Positions 1 to 11,482 of a stretch of DNA of 64,000 nt are shown piece by piece. A program made the position numbers and the translations under genes. The stretch is from positions 26,724,001 through 26,788,000 of the forward strand of contig NC_086108.1 of the NCBI RefSeq assembly GCF_963921235.1, read 5' to 3'. The first letter of the stretch is position 1. Each line of letters begins with the position of its first letter. The DNA is from Mobula hypostoma. Taxonomy: Eukaryota. Under the pieces are notes generated by a model that saw nothing but the letters and a program-made list of their open reading frames with translations, was not told the DNA's origin and did no database searches.

Positions 1-1157
1 TCAAAAGGCTTTTGACAAGGTCCCACACAGGAGATTAGTGTGCAAACTTAAAGCACACGGTATTGGGGGTAAGGTATTGGTGTGGGTGGAGAATTGGTTA
101 GCAGACAGGAAGCAAAGAGTGGGAATAAACGGGACTTTTTCAGAATGGCAGGCGGTGACTAGTGGGGTACCGCAAGGCTCAGTGCTGGGACCCCAGTTGT
201 TTACAATATATATTAATGACTTGGATGAGGGAATTAAATGCAGCATCTCCAAGTTTGCGGATGACACGAAGCTGGGTGGCAGTGTTAGCAGTGAGGAGGA
301 TGCTAAGAGGATGCAGGGTGACTTGGATAGGTTGGGTGAGTGGGCAAATTCATGGCAGATGCAATTTAATGTGGATAAATGTGAAGTTATCCACTTTGGT
401 GGCAAAGATAGGAAAACAGGGAGGTGCAACGAGACCTGGGTGTCATTATACACCAGTCATTGAAAGTGGGCATGCAGGTACAGCAGGCGGTGAAAAAGGC
501 GAATGGTATGCTGGCATTTATAGCGAGAGGATTCGAGTACAGGAGCAGGGACGTACTACTGCAGTTGTACAAGGCCTTGGTGAGACCACACCTGGAGTAT
601 TGTGTGCAGTTTTGGTCCCCTAATCTGAGGAAAGACATCTTTGCCATAGAGGGAGTACAAAGAAGGTTCACCAGATTGATTCCTGGGATGGCGGGACTTT
701 CATATAAGAAAGACTGGATGAATTGGGCTTGTACTCGTTGGAATTTAGAAGATTGAGGGGGGATCTGATTGAAACGTATAAGATCCTAAAGGGATTGGAC
801 AGGCTAGATGCAGGAAGATTGTTCCCGATGTTGGGGAAGTCCAGAACGAGGGGTCACAGTTTGAGGATAGAGGGGAAGCCTTTTAGGACCGAGATTAGGA
901 AAAACTTCTTCACACAGAGAGTGGTGAATCTGTGGAATTCTCTGCCACAGGAAACTGTTGAGGCCAGTTCATTGGCTATATTTAAGAGGGAGTTAGATAT
1001 GGCCCTTGTGGCTACGGGGGTCAGGGGGTATGGAGAGAAGGCTGGGGCAGGGTTCTGAGTTGGATGATCAGCCATGATCATAATAAATGGCGGTGCAGGC
1101 TCGAAGGGCCGAATGGCCTACTCCTGCACCTATTTTCTATGTTTCTATGTTTCTATC
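1..1157 (+). mobile_element. CR1 LINE, 3' part (RT C-terminus and tail), young copy
   Basis: RT motifs GVPQGSVLGP and KFADDTKL; CR1 C-terminal LVRPHLEYCVQFW and RVVNLWNSLP; (TTTCTATG)n tail at ~1134-1157; frameshifted. Confidence 0.95.
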
Positions 1158-1159
1158 AT

Positions 1160-2950
1160 ATGCCTTCCCAATGCCTTCCAAAAATTCCAGCCATTGTTGC
1201 TCTGCTAGCATCCTTACCAGCATTCTTTTTCAATCTGTTCTGGCCAACTCCTCTCTCATGCCTCAGTAATTCCCCTTATCCCACTGTGATACTGATACAT
1301 CTGACATTAGCTTCTCCTTCTCAAACTTCTGGGTGAATTCAGTCTTATTATGATGCTTTCCCTCAGGGTACTTTTATCTTTAGCTCTCTAATCAATTCTG
1401 GTTCATTGCACAATACCCAATCCAGAGTAGCCGATCCCCTAGTGGGCTCAACCACGAGCTGCCCTAAAAAGCCATCTTGTAGACACTCTAGAAATGCCCC
1501 CTCCTGGAATCCAGCATCAACCTGATTTTCACTATCTACTTGTATATTGATTACTCCTTCATTATTGTAACATTGCCCTTTTGGCATACATTTTCTGTCT
1601 CCCATTGTAATTTGTAGACCACGTCCTTACCACTGTTTAGGAGACTGTATGGATTTCCCATTAAGGTCTTTTCACCCTTGAAGTTCCTTAGCTCTATCCA
1701 CAGCAATTCAACATGTTCCACCTTATGCCACCTCTTTCTAATGATTTGAGTTCATTTTTTACTGACAGTGCAACACCACCCCCTTGTCTTCCTGTCTGTC
1801 CTTTTGATACAATGTGTGCCCTCGTACGTTAAGCTCCTAGCTATAATCTTTTCTCAGCCATGATTCAATCATGCCTACAATATCATACCTGCCAATCTGC
1901 AATTGTGCTACAAGTTCAGCTACCTTATTTTGCACACTGTACGCATTCAAATATTACACCTTCAATGTTGTATTCACCCTTTTCGTGTTTGTCTGCCTTT
2001 TACGTTGCAACTCCTCCTGTTGACTGTAATTTTTGCCCTATCAACAGCCTCTCCTCACTACACATTGCCTGTTTATAAACCAGCCACCTCATCTTCAGCA
2101 TTATCATCCACCTTTCCAACCATACTTTTTGCAATGAAATATATGCAGCTCTGGACACTAGTCACACCATGCTCAACTTTTTGATTCCTAACTTTGTCTG
2201 TGGTCTTACCAACACCTGCCTTCACAACCTCTCCACTAACTGTACTGGCACTCTGGTTCCCATCCCAATGCAACTCTAGTTTAAACCCCACTATGCAGCA
2301 TTAACAAACCTTCCCACTTGGATATTAATGCCCCTCCAGTTCAGGTGCAAACTGTCCCTTCTGTAAAGGTCCTACCTTCCATGGAAGAGAGCCCAATGTT
2401 CCATTGAAGGAGCCCTCCCTCCTACACCAACCCTGAGCCACATACTAAACTGTATAACTTTCCTAGTTCTGGCCTCACTAGCACCACTAGCACTTGACAT
2501 GGACAACAATCCTGAGATCACAACTCTGCGCTTCCTGCAGTTATAGCCATCAGACATACTGGAGGTCTCCCTGCCTTCCCACATCTCACAAGAGGAGCAA
2601 TCAGCTATCCTACCTGGTATCTCTACTGTCCTAGCCGAAGAGATATAAAGAAAGGAAGGAAAAAACAAACTTAACCTGGAGCTTCTTTTACCTTTGCTTA
2701 GTCTGACTGGAGGCTCTCTTCACTGAAGCTTTGAAGAGCTAAAGCCTCAAGATCACCACCCTGACTCTGTCCACTCAGATGATGGCCGCTGCGCATGCCC
2801 CTGCCTTCCTCTAATTTGCTGTTGCTAATCAATCCCAAATGTAAATTGGTCGCTGGTCAAAGCACTTTTTTCTGCAGTGACCTGTTGCTGCTTTTTCTAC
2901 TCAGACAGTGCACCTGAGTGAAATCCCCTCCTCTCAAAACTTCTGATGTC
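1160..2950 (-). mobile_element. Older CR1 LINE, 5' part (ORF1 remnant and APE endonuclease), decayed
   Basis: Minus-strand FLECLQDGFLGQLVVEPTRGSATLDWVLCN (1363-1605); ORF1-like CSSCEMWE and VVISGLL (2372-2668). Confidence 0.8.
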
Positions 2951-4734
2951 TGGATTGATTGTTGGTCTAAGCTGTTTTTGCTGTAGCAATCCACTGCTGC
3001 CTTTTCTACTTGTCTAGTGGACAGATGCAGATAGCTAGGTTAAGTGTATGTTGCCACCGTGCGTGAATCGTCAGGAATATAGGGAGAATAAATGTGATAT
3101 GATTATGAGATTAGCCTAAGTGGGTGTTGATGGTTGGTGCAGAGTCAGTGGACCAACTGGCTGTTTCCATGCCATATGAATCCATGAATTTTCTGTTTTT
3201 TTAAGTGAGCAGAGAAGTAGCTACATAATCAATAAGGCTGGAAACCATTTTAAAAGCTCACTTGTAATTAATTTGATGAAGTGTAACATTTTCAAGGTAT
3301 TTGTTTTAAATCCTAGAAATTTTCTCAGCTGTTCATTGATTTATGAAGATTCGATTGAAGAAAACTATAATTCTACATAGCCTGTGTTGCAGGAGAAAAT
3401 CACTGAATGTAACTTCTGAGATTCCTGTTAACAGCACATGTGTGGATTCCAGAATTCATCCTTTCAATGTCATTACAACTGATAAAATCTGCACCATTGT
3501 TTCAATGAGTCATCAGTGCTTGAAGCGAGCTCCCTGAGGGATGTGTTGGAGGTAGCTGGTAATGATTTGTTCAAATATAAATTAGAATTTTCTGAAAATT
3601 ATTTTGGATCCAGTAAATGAATAAATTGACAATTATGCAGAGCCTACAGCAGAGAATTAGGGCAGTTGACCTAATTCAGTTCTCATAGTGTACAAGTCCA
3701 CGCAAACCTCCCCAGTCCTTTAAATTCCATTCTGATAGAGTGTAGCTTTTTGTTCCTTTATCTTTCATGAGAGTACTAAATTTCCCTTGAAGCTATATTT
3801 TGGGAAGGAGTACCAAATTTTTGCTATTGTTTAAGTAAAGAATTTTCTCCCTGTTTTCTTCTTGAAAATATCAATAACTATTCTGTTCTTTTGTTCTGGC
3901 TGTCATCACGTGGAATATTTTCTCCTTGTCTACCTTGTTGAACACTTCAGTAATTTTGAGTTCCCTTGAGCCTTAATTTTTTGGAGAATGAATTCGAGCT
4001 TGCTTGGTCTTTCTCAACACGCACAACCTCTTAATTTTAGCATCATGTTTTTTTTTATCTATCTTGTCATCTTTTCTATAAATTCTGATGTCCAGTGTCA
4101 TTCCTAGCAATCCCAAGTATGGTCCAAGATTCTCTACAAGTCTAATACAATGTTGTTATGTGCCATAGTGGTGCACTAATCTGTGCTGTTCACCCAGTTC
4201 AAACTTGACCTTAGGTATGTCCACGCAATTTGCACATTCTCTCTGTGTTTGCAGAGATTTACTCCAGGGGCACTGGTTTCATCCTATATTCCCGAAGATG
4301 CACTGGTCCATTATTTGGCAATTATAAAATAACCTTGGCAAATGAAACAAAGAAGAGTTATTATGTGTGTACATGATAAAGAACCAGTTCGCAGTATGCA
4401 ATAAGGGTAATTCACACAGAACCGGAAGTGACGTTGATGAGCTGGTTGTACATGTTTGTGTCGGACTGAAGCCATTTTGTGTAAATAAATATGTGTTAGT
4501 TTTACTCATGCTAAGTTTGTCTTTTATCAAGAACAAACATAACATAGTGTCAGAGGTTGGCATGAGGATTAAATAGGGAGACTAAATGTACCACAAGCAA
4601 TTAAGAAAGAGATGCTAGGTTCTGATGGAGATGAGCTGCCATTGCTCACCAAATTCACAACAGAAATCCTGTCATCATAAGCTAAGTCCTCTCGCACCTT
4701 TGCAGTTGACTGGCAATCTAACTGATAACTAGAA

Positions 4735-5850
4735 ACTCCTCTACCCCAGGCTGGGAGACCCCAGTCAGTCCAGATTGGAAGCAGCATCTCCAACACCATC
4801 ACACTGAGCACGGGGGCCCTCCAGGGCTGTGTGCTCAGTCCACTGCTGTTCATTCTGCTGACCCACAACAGTGCAGCAACACACAGCTCGAACCACATCA
4901 TCAAGTTCGCCGATGACACGACCGTGGTGGGTCTCATCAGCAAGACCGATGAGTCAGCGTACAGAGAGGAGGTGCAGCGGCTAATGGACTGGTGCAGAGC
5001 CAACAAATTGTCTCTGAATGTGAACAAAACAAAAGAGATGATTGTTGACTTCAGGAGGACATGGAATCACCACTCTCCGCTGAACATCGACGACTCCTCC
5101 GTAGAAATTGTTAAGAGCACCAAATTTCTTGGTGTTCACCTGGCGGAGAATCTCACCTGGTCCCTCAACACCAGCTCCATAGCAAAGAATGCCCAGCAGC
5201 ATCTCTACTTTCTGCGAAGGCTGAAAAAAGTCCATCTCTCACCCCCCATCCTCACCACATTCTACAGAGGTTGTATTGAGAGCATCCTGAGCAGCTGCAT
5301 CACTGCCTGGTTCGGAAATTGCACCATCTCGGATTGCAAGACCCTGCAGCGGATAGTGAGGTCAGCTGAGAAGATCATCGGGGTCTCTCTTCCCGCCATT
5401 AGAGACATTTACACCACATGCTGCATCCATAAAGCAAACAGCATTATGAAGGACCCCACGCACCCCTCATACAAACTCTTCTCCCTCCTGCCATCTGGCA
5501 AAAGGCACCGAAGCATTCGGGCTCTCACGACCAGACTATGTAACAGTTTCTTCCCCCAAGCCATCAGACTCCTCAATACCCAGAGCCTGGGCTGACACCA
5601 ACCTACTGCCCTCTACTGTGCCTATTGTCTTGTTTATTACTTATTGTAATCCCTGCACTATTTTGTGCACTTTATGCAGTCCTGGGTAGGTCTGTAGTCT
5701 AGTGTAGTTTTTGTGTTGTTTTACGTAGTTCAGTGTAGTTTTTGTATTGTTTCATGTAGCACCATGGTCCTGAAAAATGTTGTCTCGTTTTTACTGTGTA
5801 CTGTACCAGCAGTTATGGTTGAAATTACGATAAAAAGTGATGACTTGACT
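4735..5850 (+). mobile_element. 5'-truncated Rex1/Babar-type LINE inside the Gypsy element
   Basis: ORF 4831-5595 with KFADDTTVVGLI, KTKEMIVDFRR and AQQHLYFLRRLKK (RT plus DUF1891-type C-terminus); 3' UTR to ~5850. Confidence 0.88.
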
Positions 5851-5852
5851 AC

Positions 5853-7328
5853 TGTGGGAGGCGAGGAAGGAGATTGCTGAGCCTCTGGTGATGATCTTTG
5901 CATCATCAATGGGGACGGGAGAGGTTCCGGAGGATTGGAGGGTAGTGGATATTGTTCCTTTATTCAAGAAAGGGAGCCCAGGAAATTATAGACTCGTGAG
6001 CCTTACCTCAGTGGTTGGTAAGTTGATGGAGAAGATCCTGAGAGGCAGGATTTATGAACATTTGGAGAGGTATAAAATGATTAGGAATAGTCAGCATGGC
6101 TTTGTCAAGGGCAGGTCGTGCTTTACGAGCCTGATTGAATTTTTTGAGGATGTGACTAAACACATTGATGAAGAAAGAGCAGTAGATGTAGTGTATATGG
6201 ATTTCAGCAAGGCATTTGATAAGGTACCTATGCAAGGCTTATTGAGAAAGTAAGGAGGCATGGGATCCAAGGGGACATTGCTTTGTGGATCCAGAACTGG
6301 CTTACCCACAGAAGGCAAAGAGTGATTGTAGACGGGTCATATGGAGGTCAGTCACCAGTGAAGTCCCTCAGCGATCTGTTCTGGGACCCTTACTCTTCGT
6401 GATTTTTATAAATGACCTGGATGAGGAAGTGGAGGGATGGGTTAGTAAGTTTGCTGATGACACAAATGTTGGAGGTGTTGTGGATAGTGTGGAGGGCTGT
6501 CAGAGGTTACAGCGGGACATTGATAGGGATGCAAAGCTGGGCTGAGAAGTGGCAGATGGAGTTCAACCCAGAAAAGTGTGAAGTGGTTCATTTTGGTGAG
6601 TCAAATATAATGGCAGAATATAGTATTAATGGTAAGACTCTTGCCAGTGTGGAGGATCAGAGGGATATTGGGTTCCGAGTCCAAAGGACACTCAAAGCAG
6701 CTGTGGTTAAGAAGGCGTACAGTGTGTTGGCCTTCATCAATCGTGGAATTGAATTTTGGAGCTGAGAGGTAATGTTGCAGCTATATGGTACCCTGGTCAG
6801 ACCCCACTTGGAGCACCGTGCCCAATTCTGGTCACCTCACAACAGGAAGGATGTGGAAGCCATAGAAAGGGTGCAGAGGAGATTTACAAGGATGTTGCCT
6901 GGATTGGGGAGCGTGCTTTATGAGAACAGGTTGAGTAAACTCGGCCTTTTCTCCTTGGAGCGACAGAGGATGACAGGTGACCTGATAGAGGTGCATAAGA
7001 TGATGAGAAGCATTGATTGTGTGGATAGTCAGAGGCTTTTTCCCAGGGCTGAAATGTTTGCCACAAGAGGACACAGGTTTAAGGTGCTGGGGAGTAGGTT
7101 AAGTTTTTTACTCAGAGAGTGGTGAGTGCATGGAATGGACTGCTGGCAATGGTGGTGGAGGCGGATATGATAGGGCCTTTTAAGAGACTTTTGCATTGGT
7201 ACATGGAGCTTAAGAAAATAGAGGGCTAAAGTTAAGCCTTGTAATTTCTAAGGTAGGGACATGTTCGGCACAACTTTGTAAGCCGAAGGGCCTGTATTGT
7301 GCTGTAGGTTTTCTATGTTTTTATGTTA
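5853..7328 (+). mobile_element. 5'-truncated CR1 LINE inside the Gypsy element
   Basis: PGNYRLVSLTSVVGK, DFSKAFDKV, KFADDT and LVRPHLE in shifting frames; TTTCTATG-type tail at ~7310. Confidence 0.92.
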
Positions 7329-10300
7329 AAAAGTGATTCAATATGTGTTCAACAGTGAGTATAGCTGGAGGGGTGTATAAAATTTGAAGGCATTTATCTT
7401 CCTACATATATTTTGCAAAGATGCTTTGAACATCTATATCAGCTTTCAAATTTCTGAGTGTCTTTACATTGGACACTTCAATGACAAAAGTTAATGAATA
7501 TTTAGTCCCAAGTAAAAACATCGTGTTTGAAAGATAAAAGTTATTTTATTGTGACCAGGAACAATGTGTTAGCTTTGAGCAATAACTTTGCTGAACTTCA
7601 TACACTAACTAAGTCCTGTGAGTTTGGAGATTTGACTGATTCACTAGCTAGAGACAAAATAGTTTATAGAATTCCACGTAATGTTCTCAGAGAAAGATTC
7701 CTCCATGAAAAAATTCGATGTTAGAAAAGGCTTTTCATATGTGTAGGGACCACATGACCGCAAGTTAAGGAGCTGCAAGGGCAGAAGTAACAGTGCATAC
7801 TATGAAAACAGATTGGCAGAGCACAAGGTGTTTCCCAAAGCAACTGCATAACAAACAGCAAAAGCAGCAAATGTGGAGGGAGGCACATCCCAAAGACACG
7901 AACTGCTTATGGAAAGTCCTGTAATGGGAAGAAGAATCATTTTGCAAAGTGCTGCAAAGCTGGGGCTACCAAGAGAAAGGTGCACACAGTTGCTGAGGAT
8001 GTGGAGGAAGCTTTTGCAGATTTCTACAGATTTCTGGTGCTGGTTAGACAGAATGGATCATTCCAGTGACAGTGAATAAGACAGTAATTCCATTCAAGCT
8101 TGACACCGGAGCCCAGGTGGACCTGTTATCTGTGGATGATTACAGGACTCACAAAGTAAAGAGTAGAAGTAAAGGTAGAAGTGATAGTCTATACTGGAGA
8201 GTATCGCCAGAATAGAGAGCTGTTATAGTGACCTTCAAGCACAAGGTGCAGCACCAAAAGACACAACTAATGCCTGTAGAAAATGAGTACAACTAGTATT
8301 AAGTCTGGGTGCATGTGAAAAGCTCAACCTGGTGAAAAGAGTTTTCGTTGTGTCTTCACAGACCGAAGATGACCACCCAGCACTCATGGAAGAGTATGCA
8401 GATGTCTTCGAGGGGCTCAGATGTTTACCTCGTGTACACTAAATTCATATAGATGAGGCAGTGGCTCCTGTTGTCCATGCATGTAGGAAAATTCTGTTTG
8501 CATTTAGAGACAAACTTAAACAAGAATGAGCACGCATGGAATGGATAAATGTCACGCAGAAAATAGAAGAACCAACAGACTGGGTGAGCTCACAGGTCAT
8601 TGTACAAAATAAAAATGGAACATTGCGGATATGTCTAGACACAAGAGATCACAATAAAGCCATCAAGATAGAGCCTTTTATATTACCAACATTGGAGGAG
8701 ATCATGTCTTGGTTTGCAGGTGCCCATGTAGCTTAGCAAACTTGATGCAACGTCAGGGTTTTGGTAGATGAAGCTGGATGAGACAAGTTCAAGACTGTGT
8801 ACTTTTAACACACCAAAGAGAAGATTTTGCTTTCTTTGGTTACCATTTGAGATTCTGTCCGCACCAGGTCTATCATAAAACCATCCACATGATCTTTGAG
8901 GGTCTACCTGGTGTCGAGGCCATGATGAATGACATCATCTTCTGGGAGTTTACCAAGGATGAACATCGTACATGGTTGAGACAGGTGCTTGATATGACAC
9001 AGAAAGTCAATATAAAATTAAATAAAGTGAAACGTGAGTTTGGTGTTAAGACTTTCAGAGGAGATGTCATATCGAAAGAGGGAGTGAAATCTGACCCAAG
9101 AAGATGTTAGCCATTGAGAACATGAAAACGCCTCAAAACACGGAGGAGGTGAAACGTTTCCAAGGGATGATGACTTACCTGGCTGTTCATCCCTCGAATA
9201 TCAACTTGTCAACACCACCTAGGTCAATCCTTGAGCAGCAAAATGAGTAGATTTGATCTCAAGAACAAGAAGAGTGTTTCTGGAGGTTGAAATGAATCCT
9301 GGCAGATGAGCTCATGCTGAAGATTTATGATCCAGAAAGGTGTACTAGAATCTTGGCTGATGTGTCCCAGTATGGCCTTGGAGCAGTAATACTGCAGCAG
9401 CATGATGACACTTGGCAACCTCTGGCCTATACATCAAATATTTTAATAAGTATACAAGCCAACTATGCACAGATAGAGAAAGAGCTTCTTGCCAGCACAT
9501 ATCTATAGACAAGCTATCGAAATGGAGACAGATCCAACAATCCTGGTCTCAATTATATCAAAGTCACTGAATGACTGTCCCATGAGGATACAGTGCATGT
9601 TGATAAGAGTGTAGAAATATCACGTGAAGATAAGACCATAAGATAAAGTAGCAGATTAAGGCCATTCGGCCCAGCAGTTTCATCATGACTGATCCATTTT
9701 TCCACTAAGCCTTAATCTCCTGCCTTCACCCTGTATCCCTGCATGCCTTGAACAATTAAGAATCTATCAATCATAAAGGCTTCCACAACTGCCTGTGGCA
9801 AAGAATTCCACATATTCACCAATCTCTGGCTAAAGAAATTCCTCCTCATCTCCATTCTAAAATGACATCCCTCTATTCAGAGGCTGTGTCCTCTGGTCTT
9901 AAACACTCTTACCATAGAAAACATACCCTCTACACCCAATCTATCAAGGTCTTTCACCATTTGATAATTTTAATTAGGTCACCATTTATTCTTCTGAATT
10001 CCAGTGCATACAGGCCCAGAGCCATCAAACACTCTTCAAATGACAAAACTTTTAATCCTACAACAATTTTTGTGAACCTTCTTTGAACCCTCTCCAGTTT
10101 CAGCACATCCTTTCGAAGATAAGGGGCCCAAACCTGCCCACAATACTCCAAGTGAGGCCTCACCAGTGCTTTATAAAGTTGCAACGTTATAAACTTGCTT
10201 TTATATTCTAGTTATCTTGAAATGAATTTGCTTTCCTCACCACAGCCACAACCTGCAAATTAACTTTAGGAAATACTGTCTAAGGAATCCCAAGTATTTT

Positions 10301-10634
10301 GTGCCTCAGATATGTACTTCCTCTCTGTTTAGAAAATAGTCAACCCTTTCATTTCTTCTACCAATGTGCATGAACATGCAGCTCACAACACAGTTTTCCA
10401 TCTGCCACTTCTTTGCCTATTTTCCTAATTTGCCTAAGTCCGTCTGTAGCCTCTCTACTTCCTCAGAACTACCTTTCCCTCCACCTATTTTCATATCATC
10501 TGCAAACTTTGCAAAAATACATCAATTCCATCATCTAAATTATTGACATATAACATAAAAAGCATCGGTCCCAACATAGACCCCTGTGGAACACCACTTA
10601 TCACTAGCAGCCAACGAGAAAAGGCTCTCTTTAT

Positions 10635-11482
10635 GCAACACACATCAAAGTTGCTGGTGAACGCAGCAAGCGAGACAGCATCTCTAGGAGGAGGTACAGT
10701 CGACGTTTCAGGCCGAGACCCTTCGTCAGGGCTAACTGAAGGAAGAGTTAGTAAGGGATTTGAAAGTGGGAGGGGGAGGGGGAGATCCAAAATGATAGGA
10801 GAAGACAGGAGGGGGAGGGATGGAGCCAAGAGCTGGACAGGTGATTGGCAAAGGGGATATGAGAGGATCATGGGATAGGAGGCCCAGGGAGAAAGTCAAG
10901 CCGGGGGTGGGGGGAACCCAGAGGATGGGCAAGGGGTATAGTCAGAGGGACAGAGGGAGAAAAAGGAGAGTGAGAGAAAGAAGTTGTGTATAAAAATAAA
11001 TAACGGATGGGGTACGAGGGGGAGGTGGGGCATTAGCGGAAGTTAGAGAAGTCAATGTTCATGCCATCAGGTTGGAGGCTACCTGGGTTTTTATACACAA
11101 CTTCTTTCTCTCACTCTCATTTTCCTTCCTCTGTCCCTCTGACTATACCCCTTGCCCATCCTCTGGGTCCCCCCCCCGCCGCTTGACTTTCTCCCTGGGC
11201 CTCCTGTCCCATGATCCTCTCATATCCCCTTTGCCAATCACCTTTCCAGCTCTTGGCTCCATCCCTCCCCCTCCTGTCTTCTCCTAACATTTTGGATCTC
11301 CCCCTCCCCCTCCCACTTTCAAATCTCTTACTAACTCTTCCTTCAGTTAGTCCTGTCGAAGAGTCTCAGCCTGAAACGTCGACTGTACCTCTTCCTAGAG
11401 ATGCTGCCTGGCCTGCTGCGTTCGCCAGCAACTTTGATGTGTGCTGCTTGAATTTACAGCATCTGCAGAATTCCTGTTGTTT
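10635..11482. mobile_element. Penelope-like element remnant as an inverted terminal-repeat pair, with 14-bp target-site duplication
   Basis: AAGGCTCTCTTTAT at 10621-10634 and 11483-11496; arms ~10635-11000 and ~11085-11450 are reverse complements; hammerhead-like core in each arm. Confidence 0.75.
10698..10733 (-). ncRNA. Minimal type I hammerhead ribozyme motif (Penelope-associated)
   Basis: Minus strand AGCC-CTGACGA-AGG-GTCTCGG-CCT-GAAAC-GTC-GACT: intact CUGAnGA and GAAA core, stem II, GUC cleavage triplet. Confidence 0.7.
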
